A stretch of DNA of 64,000 bases from Octopus sinensis (GCF_006345805.1 NC_043020.1:4712001-4776000); one strand, 5' to 3'; counted from the stretch's first letter, positions 9,805 to 22,563 are shown. Notes: generated from the letters alone by a model not told the origin. Numbers and translations are program-made.

Positions 9805-12800
9805 CTGTTGTCGTTGGTTCTTCAGTTGTGACTGTTGTCGTCGGTGCTGCTGCTGCTGCTTGGTTGTTCCGTTGTTGTTGTTGTTGTTGTCGGTGGTTGC
9901 TCAGTTATTGCTTTTGTTGGTCTCACATTTGCTGTCCTTCATTGACCAATTGTTGTTGTTGGTTGATCAGCTGTTGTTATTCATACGTCTTTTGTTGTTC
10001 AGACGTAGTTTGTTCACTCAGATAATGTTATTGTTTGATCATTTGTTTTCTTCGTTGTTCAGTTTTTATCCTTGGTTGAAAAGTTGTTGGATGTTCCATT
10101 GTTCAATTCTTGTTGTGGGTTGTTCAGTTGTTGTTGTTGTTGGTTGTTCACTTGTTGTTGTTGTTGGTTGTTCAGTTGTTGTTGTTGTTGTATTGTTCAG
10201 TTGTTGTTGTTGTTGTATTGTTCAGTTGTTGTTGTTGTTGTATTGTTCAGTTGTTGTTGTTGTTCTATTGTTCAGTTGTTGTTGTTGTTGGATGTTCAGT
10301 TGTTGTTGTTGTTGTATTGTTCAGTTGTTGTTGTTGTTGTATTGTTCAGTTGTTGTTGTTGTTGGTTGTTCAGTTGTTGTTGTTGTTGTATTGTTCAGTT
10401 GTTGTTGTTGTTGTATTGTTCAGTTGTTGTTGTTGTTGTATTGTTCAGTTGTTGTTGTTGTTGGTTGTTCAGTTGTTGTTGTTGTTGGATGTTCAGTTGT
10501 TGTTGTTGTTGGTTGTTCAGTTGTTGTTGTTGTTGGTTGTTCAGTTGTTGTTGTTGTTGGTTGTTCAGTTGTTGTTGTTGTTGGTTGTTCAGTTGTTGTT
10601 GTTGTTGGTTGTTCAGTTGTTGTTATTGTTGGTTGTTCAGTTGTTGTTATTGTTGGTTGTTCCGCTGTTGTTGTTGTTGGATGTTCAGTTGTTGTTGTTG
10701 TTGGTTGTTCAGTTGTTGTTGTTGTTGGTTGTTCAGTTGTTGTTGTTGTTGGTTGTTCAGTTGTTGTTGTTGTTGGTTGTTCAGTTGTTGTTATTGTTGG
10801 TTGTTCAGTTGTTGTTGTTGGTGGTTGTTCAGTTGTTGTTGTTGTTGGTTGTTCAGTTGTTGTTGTTGTTGGTTGTTCCGTTGTTGTTGTTGTTGGTTGT
10901 TCAGTTGTTGTTGTTGTTGGTTGTTCAGTTGTTGTTATTGTTGGTTGTTCCGTTGTTGTTGTTGTTGGATGTTCAGTTGTTGTTGTTGTTGGTTGTTCAG
11001 TTGTTGTTGTTGTTGGTTGTTCAGTTGTTGTTGTTGTTGGTTGTTCAGTTGTTGTTATTGTTGGTTGTTCAGTTGTTGTTGTTGGATGTTCAGTTGTTGT
11101 TGTTGTTGGTTGTTCAGTTGTTGTTATTGTTGGTTGTTCCGTTGTTGTTGTTGTTGGATGTTCAGTTGTTGTTGCTGTTGGTTGTTCAGTTGTTGTTGTT
11201 GTTGGTTGTTCAGTTGTTGTTGTTGTAGGTTGTTCTGTTGTTGTTGTTGTTGTTGTTCAGTTGTTTTTTTGTTGTATGTTCACTTGTTGTTGTTGTTGTG
11301 GTTGTTGTTGTTGTTGTTGTTTTTTGTTGATGTTCAGTTGTTGTTGTTGTGGTTGTTCAGTTGTTGTTGTTGTTGTTTTGTTTGTTGTTGTTGTTGGTTG
11401 TTCAGTTGTTGTTGTTGTTGGATGTTCAGTTGTTGTTGTTGTTGGTTGTTCAGTTGTTGTTGTTGTTGGTTGTCAGTTCTTGTTGTTGTTGGTTGTTCAG
11501 TTGTTGTTATTGTTGGTTGTTCCGTTGTTGTTGTTGTTGGATGTTCAGTTTTTGTTGTTGTTGGTTGTTCAGTTGTTGTTGTTGTTGGTTGTTCAGTTGT
11601 TGTTGTTGTTGGTTGTTCAGTTGTTGTTGTTGTTGGTTGTTCAGTTGTTGTTATTGTTGGTTGTTCAGTTGTTGTTGTTGGTGGTTGTTCAGTTGTTGTT
11701 GTTGTTGGTTGTTCAGTTGTTGTTGTTGTTGGTTGTTCCGTTGTTGTTGTTGTTGGTTGTTCAGTTGTTGTTGTTGTTGGTTGTTCAGTTGTTGTTATTG
11801 TTGGTTGTTCCGTTGTTGTTGTTGTTGGATGTTCAGTTGTTGTTGTTGTTGGTTGTTCAGTTGTTGTTGTTGTTGGTTGTTCAGTTGTTGTTGTTGTTGG
11901 TTGTTCAGTTGTTGTTGTTGTTGGTTGTTCCGTTGTTGTTGTTGTTGGATGTTCAGTTGTTGTTGTTGTTGGTTGTTCAGTTGTTGTTGTTGTTGGTTGT
12001 TCCGTTGTTGTTGTTGTTGGATGTTCAGTTGTTGTTGTTGTTGGTTGTTCAGTTGTTGTTGTTGTTGGTTGTTCAGTTGTTGTTGTTGTTGGTTGTACAG
12101 TTGTTGTTATTGTTGGTTGTTCCTTTTTGTTGTTGGATGTTCAGTTGTTGTTGTTGTTGGTTGTTCAGTTGTTGTTGTTGTTTGTTGTCAGTTGTTGTTG
12201 TTGTTGGTTGTTCAGTTGTTTTATTGTTGGTTGTTCCGTTGTTGTTGTTGTTGGATGTTCAGTGTTGTTTTGCTGTTGTTTGTTCCGTTGTTGTTGTTGT
12301 TGGATGTTCAGTTGTTGTTGCTGTTGGTTGTTCAGTTGTTGTTGTTGTTGGTTGTTCAGTTGTTGTTGTTGTTGGTTGTTCAGTTGGTGTTGTTGTTGGT
12401 TGTTCAGTTGTTGTTGTTGTTGGTTGTTCAGTTGTTGTTGTTGTTGGTTGTTCAGTTGTTGTTGTTGTTGGATGTTCAGTTCTTTTTGTTGTTTGTTGTT
12501 CAGTGGTTGTTGTTGTTGGATGTTCAGTTGTTGTTGTTGGTTGTTCTGTTGTTGTTGTTGTTGTTGTTGTTGGATGTTCAGTTGTTGTTATTGTTGGTTG
12601 TTCCGTTGTTGTTGTTGTTGGATGTTCAGTTGTTGTTGCTGTTGGTTGTTCAGTTGTTGTTGTTGTTGGTTGTTTAGTTGTTGTTGTTGTTGGTTGTTCA
12701 GTTGTTGTTATTGTTGGTTGTTCCGTTGTTGTTGTTGTTGGATGTTCAGTTGTTGTTGCTGTTGGTTGTTCCGTTGTTGTTGTTGTTGGATGTTCAGTTG

Positions 12801-15800
12801 TTGTTGCTGTTGGTTGTTCAGTTGTTGTTGTTGTTGGTTGTTCAGTTGTTGTTGTTGTTGGTTGTTCAGTTGGTGTTGTTGTTGGTTGTTCAGTTGTTGT
12901 TGTTGTTGGTTGTTCAGTTGTTGTTGTTGTTGGTTGTTCAGTTGTTTGTTGTGTTGATGTGTTCAGTTCTTTTTGTTGTTGTTGTTCAGTGGTTGTTGTT
13001 GTTGGATGTTCAGTTGTTGTTGTTGGTTTTCTGTTGTTGGTTTTGTTGTTGTTGTTGGATGTTCAGTTGTTGTTGTGTTGTTGTTTCCGTTGTTGGTTTG
13101 TGTTGGATGTTCAGTTATGGTTGCTGTTGGTTGTTCAGTTGTTGTTGTTGTTGGTTGTTCAGTTGTTGTTGTAGGTTGTTCTGTGTTGTTGTTGTTGTTG
13201 TTCAGTTGTTTTTGTTGTATGTTCACTTGTTGTTGTTGTTGGTTGTTCTGTTGTTGTTGTTGTTGTTGTTGGATGTTCAGTTGTTGTTGTTGTTGGATGT
13301 TGAGTTGTTGTTGTTGTTGGTTGTTCAGTTGTTGTTGTTGGATGTTCAGTTGTTATTGTTGTTGGATGTTCAGTTGTTGTTGTTGGTTGTTCAGTTGTTG
13401 TTGTTGTTGGTTGTTCAGTTGTTGTTGCTTTTGGTTGTTCAGTTGTTGTTGTTGTTGTTGGTGTTGTTGGATGTTCAGTTGTTGTTGCTGTTGGTTGTTC
13501 AGTTGTTGTTGTTGTTGGTTGTTCAGTTGTTGTTGTTGTTGGTTGTTCTGTTGTTGTTGTTGTTGTTGGATGTTCAGTTGTTGTTGTTGTTGGTTGTTCT
13601 GTTGTTGTTGTTGTTGGATGTTCAGTTGTTGTTGTTGTTGGTTTTCAGTTGTTGTTGTTGTTGGTTGTTCAGTTGTTGTTGTTGTTGGATGTTCATTGTT
13701 GTTGTTGTTGGTTGTTCAGTTGTTGTTGTTGTTGGTTGTTCAGTTTGTTGTTGTTGTGGTTGTTCAGTTGTTGTTGTTGTTGGTGTTCTGTTGTTGTGTG
13801 GTTGTTGGATGTTCAGTTGTTTTTGTTGTTGGTTGTTCAGTTGTTGTTGTGTTGGTTGGTTTTCAGTTGTTGTGTTGTGGGTTGTTCAGTTTGTTGTTTT
13901 GTTGGTTGTTCTGTTGTTGATGTTGTTGTTGGTTGTTCAGTTGTTTTTGTTGTTGGTTGTTCAGTTGTTGTTGTTGTTGTTTGTTCAGTTGTCGTTGTTG
14001 TTGGTTGTTCTGTTGTTGTTGTTGTTGGTTGTTCAGTTGTTGTTGTTGTTGGATGTTCTGTTGTTGGATCTTCAGTTGTTGATGTTGTTTGTTCAGTTGT
14101 TGTTGTTGTTGGATGTTCAGTTGTTGTTGTTGGATGTTCAGTTGTTGTTGTTGCTGGATGTCCTGTTGTAGTTGTTGTTGGTTGTTCTGTTGTTGTTGTT
14201 GTTGTATTGTTCAGTTGTTGTTGTTGTTGGTTGTTCAGTTGTTGTTGTTCTTGTATTGTTCAGTTGTTGTTGTTGTTGTATTGTTCAGTTGTTGTTGTTG
14301 TTGTATTGTTCAGTTGTTGTTGTTGTTGGTTGTTAAGTTGTTGTTGTTGTTGGATGTCCAGTTGTTGTTGTTGTTGGTTGTTCAGTTGTTGTTGTTGTTG
14401 GTTGTTCAGTTGTTGTTGTTGTTGGTTGTTCAGTTGTTGTTATTGTTGGTTGTTCCCTTGTTGTTGTTGTTGGATGTTCAGTTGTTGTTGTTGTTGGTTG
14501 TTCAGTTGTTGTTGCTGTTGGTTGTTCAGTTGATGTTGTTGTTGGTTGTTCAGTTGTTGTTGTTGTTGGTTGTTCAGTTGTTGTTGTTGTTGGTTGTTCA
14601 GTTGTTGTTGTTGGTGGTTGTTCACTTGTTGTTGTTGTTGGTTGTTCAGTTGTTGTTGTTGTTGGTTGTTCCGTTGTTGTTGTTGTTGGTTGTTCAGTCG
14701 TTGTTGTTGTTGTTGTTCAGTTGTTGTTGTTGTTGGTTGTTCAGTTGTTGTTATTTTTGTTGTTCCGTTGTTGTTGTTGTTGATGTTCAGTTGTTGTTGT
14801 TGTTGGTTGTTCAGTTGTTGTTGTTTTGTTGGTTGTTCAGTTTGTTGTTGTTGTTGTTGTTCAGTTTGTTGTTATTGTTGGTTGTTCCGTTGTTGTTGTT
14901 GTTGGATGTTCAGTTGTTGTGCTGTTGGTTGTTCCGTTGTTGTTGTTGTTGGATGTTCAGTTGTTGTTGCTGTTGTTGGTTAGTTGTTGTTGTTGTTGGT
15001 GTTCAGTTTTGTTGGTTGGTTGTTCAGTGTTGTTGTTGGTGTTGGTTGTTCATTGTTGTTGTTGTTGGTTGTTCAGTTGTTGTTGTTGTTGGTTGTTCAG
15101 TTGTTGTTGTTGTTGGTTGTTCTCTTTTTGTTGTTTGTTGTTCAGTGGTTGTTGTTGTTGGATGTTCAGTTGTTGTTGTTGGTTGTTCTGTTGTTGTTGT
15201 TGTTGTTGTTGTTGGATGTTCAGTTGTTGTTATTGTTGGTTGTTCCGTTGTTGTTGTTGTTGGATGTTCAGTTGTTGTTGCTGTTGGTTGTTCAGTTGTT
15301 GTTGTTGTTGGTTGTTCAGTTTTTTTTGTTGTATGTTCACTTGTTGTTGTTGTTGGTTGTTCTGTTGTTGTTGTTGTTGTTGGATGTTCAGTTGTTGTTG
15401 TTGTTGGATGTTGAGTTGTTGTTGTTATTGGTTGTTCAGTTGTTGTTGTTGGATGTTCAGTTGTTATTGTTGTTGGATGTTCAGTTGTTGTTGTTGGTTG
15501 TTCAGTTGTTGTTGTTATTGCTTGTTCAGTTGTTGCTTTTGGTTGTTCAGTTGTTGTTGTTGTTGTTGTTGTTGTTGGATGTTCAGTTGTTGTTGCTGTT
15601 GGTTGTTCAGTTGTTGTTGTTGTTGGTTGTTCAGTTGTTGTTGTTGTTGGTTGTTCTGTTGTTGTTGTTGTTGTTGGATGTTCAGTTGTTGTTGTTGTTG
15701 GTTGTTCTGTTGTTGTTGTTGTTGGTTGTTCAGTTGTTGTTGTTGTGGGTTGTTCAGTTGTTGTTGTTGTTGGTTGTTCTGTTGTTGTTGTTGTTGTTGG

Positions 15801-18800
15801 ATGTTCAGTTGTTTTTGTTTTTGGTTGTTCAGTTGTTGTTGTTGTTGGTTGTTCAGTGTTGTTGTTGTGGTTGTTCATTGTTGTGGTTGTTTGTTGTTGT
15901 TCTGTTGTTGTTGTTGTTGTTGGTTGTTCAGTTGTTTTTGTTGTTGGTTGTTCAGTTGTTGTTGTTGTTGGTTGTTCAGTTGTCGTTGTTGTTGGTTGTT
16001 CTGTTGTTGTTGTTGTTTGTTGTTCAGTTGTTGTTGTTGTTGGATGTTCTGTTGTCGGATCTTCAGTGGTTGATGTTGTTTGTTCAGTTGTTGTTGTTGT
16101 TGGATGTTCAGTTGTTGTTGTTGTTGTTGTTGTTGTTCGATGTTCAGTTGTTGTTGTTGCTGGATGTCCTGTTGTAGTTGTTGTTGGTTGTTCTGTTGTT
16201 GTTGTTGTTGATGTTCAGTTGTTGTTGTTGTTGCTTGTTCTGTTGTTGTTGTTGTTGTTGTTGGATGTTCAGTTGTTGTTGTTGTTGGATGTTCAGTTGT
16301 TGTTGTTGTTGGTTGTTCAGTTGTTGTTGTTGTTGGTTGTTCTGTTGTTGTTGTTGTTGTATGTTCACTTGTTGTTGTTGTTGGTTGTTCTGTTGTTGTT
16401 GTTGTTGGATGTTCACTTGTTCTTGTTGTTGGTTGTTCAGTTGTTGTTGTTGTTGGTTGTTCAGTTGTTGTTGTTGTTGGTTGTCCTGTTGTTGTTGTTG
16501 TTGGATGTTCACTTGTTGTTGTTGTTGGTTGTTCAGTTGTTGTTGTTGTTGGTTGTTCAGTTGTTGTTGTTGTTGGATGTTCACTTGTTGTTGTTGTTGG
16601 TTGTTCTGTTGTTGTTGTTGGATGTTCAGTTGTTGTTGTTGTTGGATGTTCAGTTGTTGTTGTTGTTGGTTGTTCAGTTGTTGTTGTTGTTGGATGTTCA
16701 CTTGTTGTTGTTGTTGGTTGTTCTGTTGTTGTTGTTGTTGTTGTTGGATGTTCGGTTGTTGTTGTTGTTGGATGTTCAGTTGTTGTTGTTGTTGGTTGTT
16801 CAGTTGTTGTTGTTGTTGGATGTTCACTTGTTGTTGTTGTTGGTTGTTCTGTTGTTGTTGGATGTTCAGTTGTTGTTGTTGTTGGATGTTCAGTTGTTGT
16901 TGTTGTTGGTTGTTCAGTTGTTGTTGTTGTTGGATGTTCACTTGTTGTTGTTGTTGGTTGTTCTGTTGTTGTTGTTGTTGTTGTTGGATGTTCGGTTGTT
17001 GTTGTTGTTGGATGTTCTGTTGTTGTTGTTGTTTGTTGTTCAGTTGTTGTTGGATGTTCAGTTGTTATTGTTGTTGGATGTTCAGTTGTTGTTGTTGGTT
17101 GTTCAGTTGTTGTTGTTGTTGGTTGTTCATTTGTTGTTGCTTTTGGTTGTTCAGTTGTTGTTGATGTTGTTGTTGTTGGATGTTCAGTTGTTGTTGCTGT
17201 TGGTTGTTCAGTTGTTGTTGTTGTTGGTTGTTCAGTTGTTGTTGTTGTTGGTTGTTCAGTTGTTGTTGTTGTTGGATGTTCAGTTGTTGTTGTTGTGGGT
17301 TGTTCAGTTGTTGTTGTTGTTGGTTGTTCTGTTGTTGTTGTTGTTGTTGGATGTTCAGTTGTTGTTGTTGTTGGTTGTTCAGTTGTTGTTGTTGCTGGTT
17401 GTTCAGTTGTTGTTGTTGTTGGATGTTCAGTTGTTGTTGTTGTGGGTTGTTCAGTTGTTGTTGTTGTTGGTTGTTCTGTTGTTGTTGTTGTTGTTGGATG
17501 TTCAGTTGTTTTTGTTGTGTGTTGTTCAGTTGTTGTTGTTATTGGTTGTTCTGCTGTTGTTGTTGTTGGTTGTTCTGTTGTTGTTGTTGTTGGTTGTTCG
17601 GTTGTTGTTGTTGTTGGATGTCCTGTTGTTGGATCTTCAGTTGTTGATGTTGTTTGTTCAGTTGTTGTTGTTGTTGGATGTTCAGTTGTTGTTGTTGTTG
17701 GATGTTCAGTTGTTGTTGTTGTTGGATGTTCAGTTGTTGTTGTTGCTGGATGTCCTGTTGTAGTTGTTGTTGGTTGTTCTGTTGTTGTTGTTGTTGGATG
17801 TTCAGTTGTTGTTGTTGTTGGTTGTTCTGTTGTTGTTGTTGTTGGTTGTGCAGTTGTTGTTGTTGGTTGTTCAGTTGTTGCTGTTGTTGGTTGTTCTGTT
17901 GTTGTTGTTGTTGGTTGTTCAGTTGTTGTTGTTGTTGGATGTTCAGTTGTTGTTGTTGTTGGATGTTCAGTTGTTGTTGTTGTTGGATGTTCATTTGTTG
18001 TTGTTGTTGGTTGTTCAGTTGTTGTTGTTACTGGATGTTCAGTTGTTGTTGTTGTTGTATGTTCAGTTGTTGTTGTTGTTGGATGTTCAGTTGTTGTTGT
18101 TGTTGGTTGTTCAGTTATTGTTGTTGTTGGATGTTCTGTTGTTGTTGTTGTTGTATGTTTAGTTGTTGTTGTTGTTGGATGTTCAGTTGTTGTTGTTGTT
18201 GGTTGTTCAGTTGTTTTTGTTGTTGTTGGATGTTCTGTTGTTGTTGTTGTTGGATGTTCAGTTGTTGTTGTTGTTGGATGTTCAGTTGTTGTTGTTGTTG
18301 TTTGTTCAGTTGTTGTTGTTGTTCGTTCTTCAGTTGTTGTTGTTGTTGGATGTTCACTTGTTGTTGTTTTTGGATGTTCAGTTGTTGTTGTTGTTGGATG
18401 TTCAGTTGTTGTTGTTGTTGGATGTTCAGTTGTTGTTGTTGTTGGTTTTTCAGTTGTTGTTGTTGGACGTTCAGTTGTTGTTGTTGTTGGATGTTCACTT
18501 GTTGTTGTTGGTTCTTCAGTTGTTGTTGTTGTTGGGTGTTCAGTTGTTGTTGTTGTTGGTTGTTCTGTTGTTGTTGTTGTTCTTGTTGGATGTTCATTTG
18601 TTGTTGTAGTTTGATGTTCAGTTGTTGTTGATGTGTGTTGTTCAGTTGTTGTTGTTGTTGGTTGTTCAGTTGTTGTTGTTGGATGTTCAGTTGTTGTTGT
18701 TGTTGGTTGTTCTGTTGTTGTTGTTGTTGGTTGTTCAGTTGTTGTTGTTGTTGGATGTTCACTTGTTGTTATTGTTGGTTGTTCTGTTGTTGTTGTTGTT

Positions 18801-21628
18801 CTTGTTGGATGTTCAGTTGTTGTTGTTGTTGGATGTTCAGTTGTTGTTGGTGTAGGTTGTTCTGTTGTTGTTGTTGTTGTTGTTGGACGTTCAGTTGTTG
18901 TTGTTGGTTGTTGTTCTGTTGTGGTTGTTGTTGTTGTTGGATGTTCAGTTGTTGTTGTTGTTGGTTGTTCATTTGTTGTTGTTGTTGGATGTTCAGTTGT
19001 TGTTGTGTTGGTTGTTCAGTTGTTGTTGTTGTTGGTTGTTCAGTTGTTGTTGTTGTTGGTTGTTCAGTTGTTGTTGTTGTTGGTTGTTCTGTTGTTGTTG
19101 TTGTTGTTGGAAGTTCAGTTGTTATTGTTGTTGGATGTTCAGTTGTTGTTGTTGTGTGTTGTTCAGTTGTTGTTGTTGGTTGTTCAGTTGTTGTTGTTGT
19201 TGGTTGTTCAGTTGTTGTTGTTGTTGGTTGTTCTGTTGTTGTTGTTGTTGGTTGTTCAGTTGTTATTGTTGTTGGATGTTCTCTTCTTGTTGTTGTTGTT
19301 GGATGTTCAGTTGTTGTTGTTGTTGGTTGTTCAGTTGTTGTTGTTGTTGGATGTTCAGTTGTTGTTGTTGTTGTTGATGTTGTTGAATGTTCAGTTGTTG
19401 TTGTTGTTGGATGTTCAGTTGTCGTTGTTGCTGGATGTTCTGTTGTTGTTGTTGTTGGTTGTTCAGTTGTTGTTTTTGATGGATGTTCAGTTGTTGTTGT
19501 TGTTGGTTGTTCTGTTGTTGTTGTTGTTGGTTGTTCAGTTGTTGTTGTTGGTTGTTCTGTTGTTGTTGTTGTTGGTTGTTCTGTTCTTGTTGTTGTTGGT
19601 TGTTCAGTTGTTGTTGTTGTTGGATGTTCACTTGTTGTTGTTGTTGGATGTTCAGTTGTTGTTGTTGTTGGATGTTCATTTGTTGTTGTTGTTGGTTGTT
19701 CAGTTGTTGATGTTACTGGATGTTCAGTTGTTGTTGTTGTTGTATGTTCAGTTGTTGTTGTTGTTGGATGTTCAGTTGTTGTTGTTGTTGGTTGTTCAGT
19801 TATTGTTGTTGTTGGATGTTCTGTTGTTGTTGTTGTTGGATGTTCAGTTGTTGTTGTTGTTGGATGTTCAGTTGTTGTTGTTGTTGGTTGTTCAGTTGTT
19901 GTTGTTGTTGGATGTTCAGTTGTTGTTGTTGTTGGTTGTTCAGTTGTTGTTGTTGTTGGATGTTCTGTTGTTGTTGTTGTTGGATGTTCAGTTGTTGTTG
20001 TTGTTGGATGTTCAGTTGTTGTTGTTGTTGGTTGTTCAGTTGTTGTTGTTGGACGTTCAGTTGTTGTTGTTGTCGGATGTTCAGTTGTTGTTGTTGGTTG
20101 TTCAGTTGTTGTTGTTGTTGGTTGTTCAGTTGTTGTTGTTGTTGGTTGTTCTGTTGTTGTTGTTGTTGTTGGATGTTCAGTTGTTGTTGTTGTTGGATGT
20201 TCAGTTGTTGTTGTTGTGTGTTGTTCAGTTGTTGTTGTTGGTTGTTCAGTTGTTGTTGTTGTTGGTTGTTCAGTTGTTGTTGTTGTTGGTTGTTCTGTTG
20301 TTGTTGTTGTTGCTTGTTCATTTGTTGTTGTTGTTGGATGTTCTGTTCTTGTTGTTGTTGTTGGATGTTCAGTTGTTGTTGTTGTTGGTTGTTCAGTTGT
20401 TGTTGTTGTTGTTGATGTTGTTGAATGTTCAGTTGTTGTTGTTGTTGGATGTTCAGTTGTTGTGTGTTGTTCAGTTGTTGTGTTGTGTTGTTGTGTTGGT
20501 TGTTCAGTTGTTGTTGTTGTTGGAAGTTCAGTTGTTGTTGTTGTTGGTTGTTCTGTTGTTGTTGTTGTTGGTTGTTCAGTTGTTGTTTTTGGATGTTCAG
20601 TTGTTGTTGTTGTTGGTTTTTCTGTTGTTGTTGTTGTTGGTTGTTCAGTTGTTGTTGTTGTTGGATGTTCATTTGTTGTTGTTGGTTGTTCAGTTGTTGT
20701 TGTTACTGGATGTTCAGTTGTTGTTGTTGTTGTATGTTCAGTTGTTGTTGTTGTTGGATGTTCAGTTGTTGTTGTTGTTGGTTGTTCAGTTATTGTTGTT
20801 GTTGGATGTTCTGTTGTTGTTGTTGTGGTATGTTCAGTTGTTGTTGTTGTTGGATGTTCAGTTGTTGTTGTTGTTGGTTGTTCAGTTGTTGTTGTTGTTG
20901 TTGGATGTTCTGTTGTTGTTGTTGTTGGATGTTCAGTTGTTGTTGTTGTTGGATGTTCAGTTGTTGTTGTTGTTGGTTGTTCAGTTGTTGTTGTTGTTCG
21001 TTGTTCAGTTGTTGTTGTTGTTGGATGTTCAGTTGTTGTTGTTGTTGGATGTTCAGTTGTTGTTGTTGTTGGATGCTCAGTTGTTGTTGTTGTTGGATGT
21101 TCAGTTGTTGTTGTTGTTGGTTGTTCAGTTGTTGTTGTTGGACGTTCAGGTGTTGTTGTTGTTGGATGTTCATTTGTTGTTGTTGGTTCTTCTGTTGTTG
21201 TTGTTGTTGGTTGTTCAGTTGTTGTTGTTGTTGTTGGTTGTTCAGTTGTTGTTGTTGTTGGTTGTTCTGTTTTGTTGTTGTTGTTGGATGTTCAGTTGTT
21301 GTTGGATGTTCAGTTGTTGTTGTAGTTGGATGTTCAGTTGTTATTGTTGTGTGTTGTTCAGTTGTTGTTGTTGTTGGTTGTTCAGTTGTTGTTGTTGGAT
21401 GTTCAGTTGTTGTTGTTGTTGGTTGTTCTGTTGTTGTTGTTGTTGGTTGTTCAGTTGTTGTTGTTGATGGATGTTCTCTTGTTGTTATTGTTGGTTGTTC
21501 TGTTGTTGTTGTTGTTGTTGTTGGATGTTCAGTTGTGTTGTTGTGGATGTTCAGTTGTTGTTGTTGTTGGTTGTTGTTGTTGTTGTGTTGTTGTTGTGGA
21601 TGTTCAGTTGTTGTTGTGGTTGGTTGTT
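9805..21628 (-). CDS. Giant mucin-like Thr-rich tandem-repeat exon, (TTTTTEQP/TTTTTEHP)n, with local frame changes; 5-prime end lost in the gap
   Basis: The plus-strand 24-mer GGTTGTTCAGTTGTTGTTGTTGTT reads ACA ACA ACA ACA ACT GAA CAA CCA on the minus strand. Variants are mostly synonymous (ACT/ACA/ACG before GAA) or conservative (CAA/CAT), and most length changes are in triplets. It ends ...TTVTTEEPTTT G|GTGAG, a phase-1 donor at 9805/9804. Track ORF 15024-15878 shows this frame. Confidence 0.75.
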
Positions 21629-21728
21629 NNNNNNNNNNNNNNNNNNNNNNNNNNNNNNNNNNNNNNNNNNNNNNNNNNNNNNNNNNNNNNNNNNNNNNNN
21701 NNNNNNNNNNNNNNNNNNNNNNNNNNNN
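21629..21728. other. Assembly gap (100 N)
   Basis: Run of N directly at the end of the repeat array. Confidence 1.
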
Positions 21729-21857
21729 ATTTACTCTGCTAGTATTGAGTACCTTATTTACTGTGGTTAATCCCGATCAACCCGGGACCTACATATATAT
21801 ATATATATATATATATCTATATAATATATATATATATATATAATATATATATATATA

Positions 21858-21900
<43 letters not shown>

Positions 21901-21965
21901 AATATATATATATGTAGGTTTGGTATGTATATATAGATATATATATATATATGTATAAATTGTTG

Positions 21966-22064
21966 TTCAGAATTTGATAAAAAAAACAAGGCTGTGAAGA
22001 TTTTAGAGCATTTAAAATTGTCCTAAATTCTTCACAACCTTGGTTTTTTTTATCTCATTCTGAA
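21966..22064. mobile_element. Small foldback/MITE-like inverted repeat
   Basis: TTCAGAAT..GATAAAAAAAACAAGGCTGTGAAGA is matched in reverse by TCTTCACAACCTTGGTTTTTTTTATCTCATTCTGAA. Confidence 0.65.
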
Positions 22065-22314
22065 AAAAAAAATTATATATGCACACGCTGATTTTTGACC
22101 TACGTTGGACTCACCGAACCTGGAGCTTAACTATGGTCCGTCGATAGCACTTACTCAGCATTACCTGACACCTTTGGGTCTCATTGACACCATTACCTCT
22201 CATAACGTATATATATATATATGTATAATACTTGGTGATGGTCTTCTGTTTTTGCCGCTTTAACACACGCATTATTTACTTGATCTTCAGTTTGTATTTT
22301 ATTCGTATCATATC

Positions 22315-22520
22315 GAACTGGCAGAATTGTTAAGCTCGCTGGACGAATTTGCTTAGCGGTATTTTGCCCGTCGCTACGTTCTGAGTTCAAATTCCACCAA
22401 GGTCAAATTTGCCTTCCATCCTCTCCAGGTCGATAAATTAAGTACCAGTGAAACACTATGGTCGATTTAATAGACTGTCCCCTCCCTCCCAAATTGCTGT
22501 CTTTGTAACAAAATTTGAAA
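22315..22520 (+). mobile_element. tRNA-derived SINE (same family as 6263)
   Basis: CGAACTGGCAGAATTGTTAAG...TTCTGAGTTCAAATTCCACCAAGGTC...GTCGATAAATTAAGTACCAGT. Confidence 0.85.
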
Positions 22521-22529
22521 CCACTATAT

Positions 22530-22563
<34 letters not shown>

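Noticed and set aside
9542-21843. Long plus-strand ORFs rich in V/G/C/S, C/W/L/F or L/V/Q, and minus-strand poly-Q/N ORFs
   Set aside because: Antisense or alternative-frame shadows of the TTTTTEQP array. They stay open only because the repeat lacks stop codons in those frames, and they have no splice or start context.
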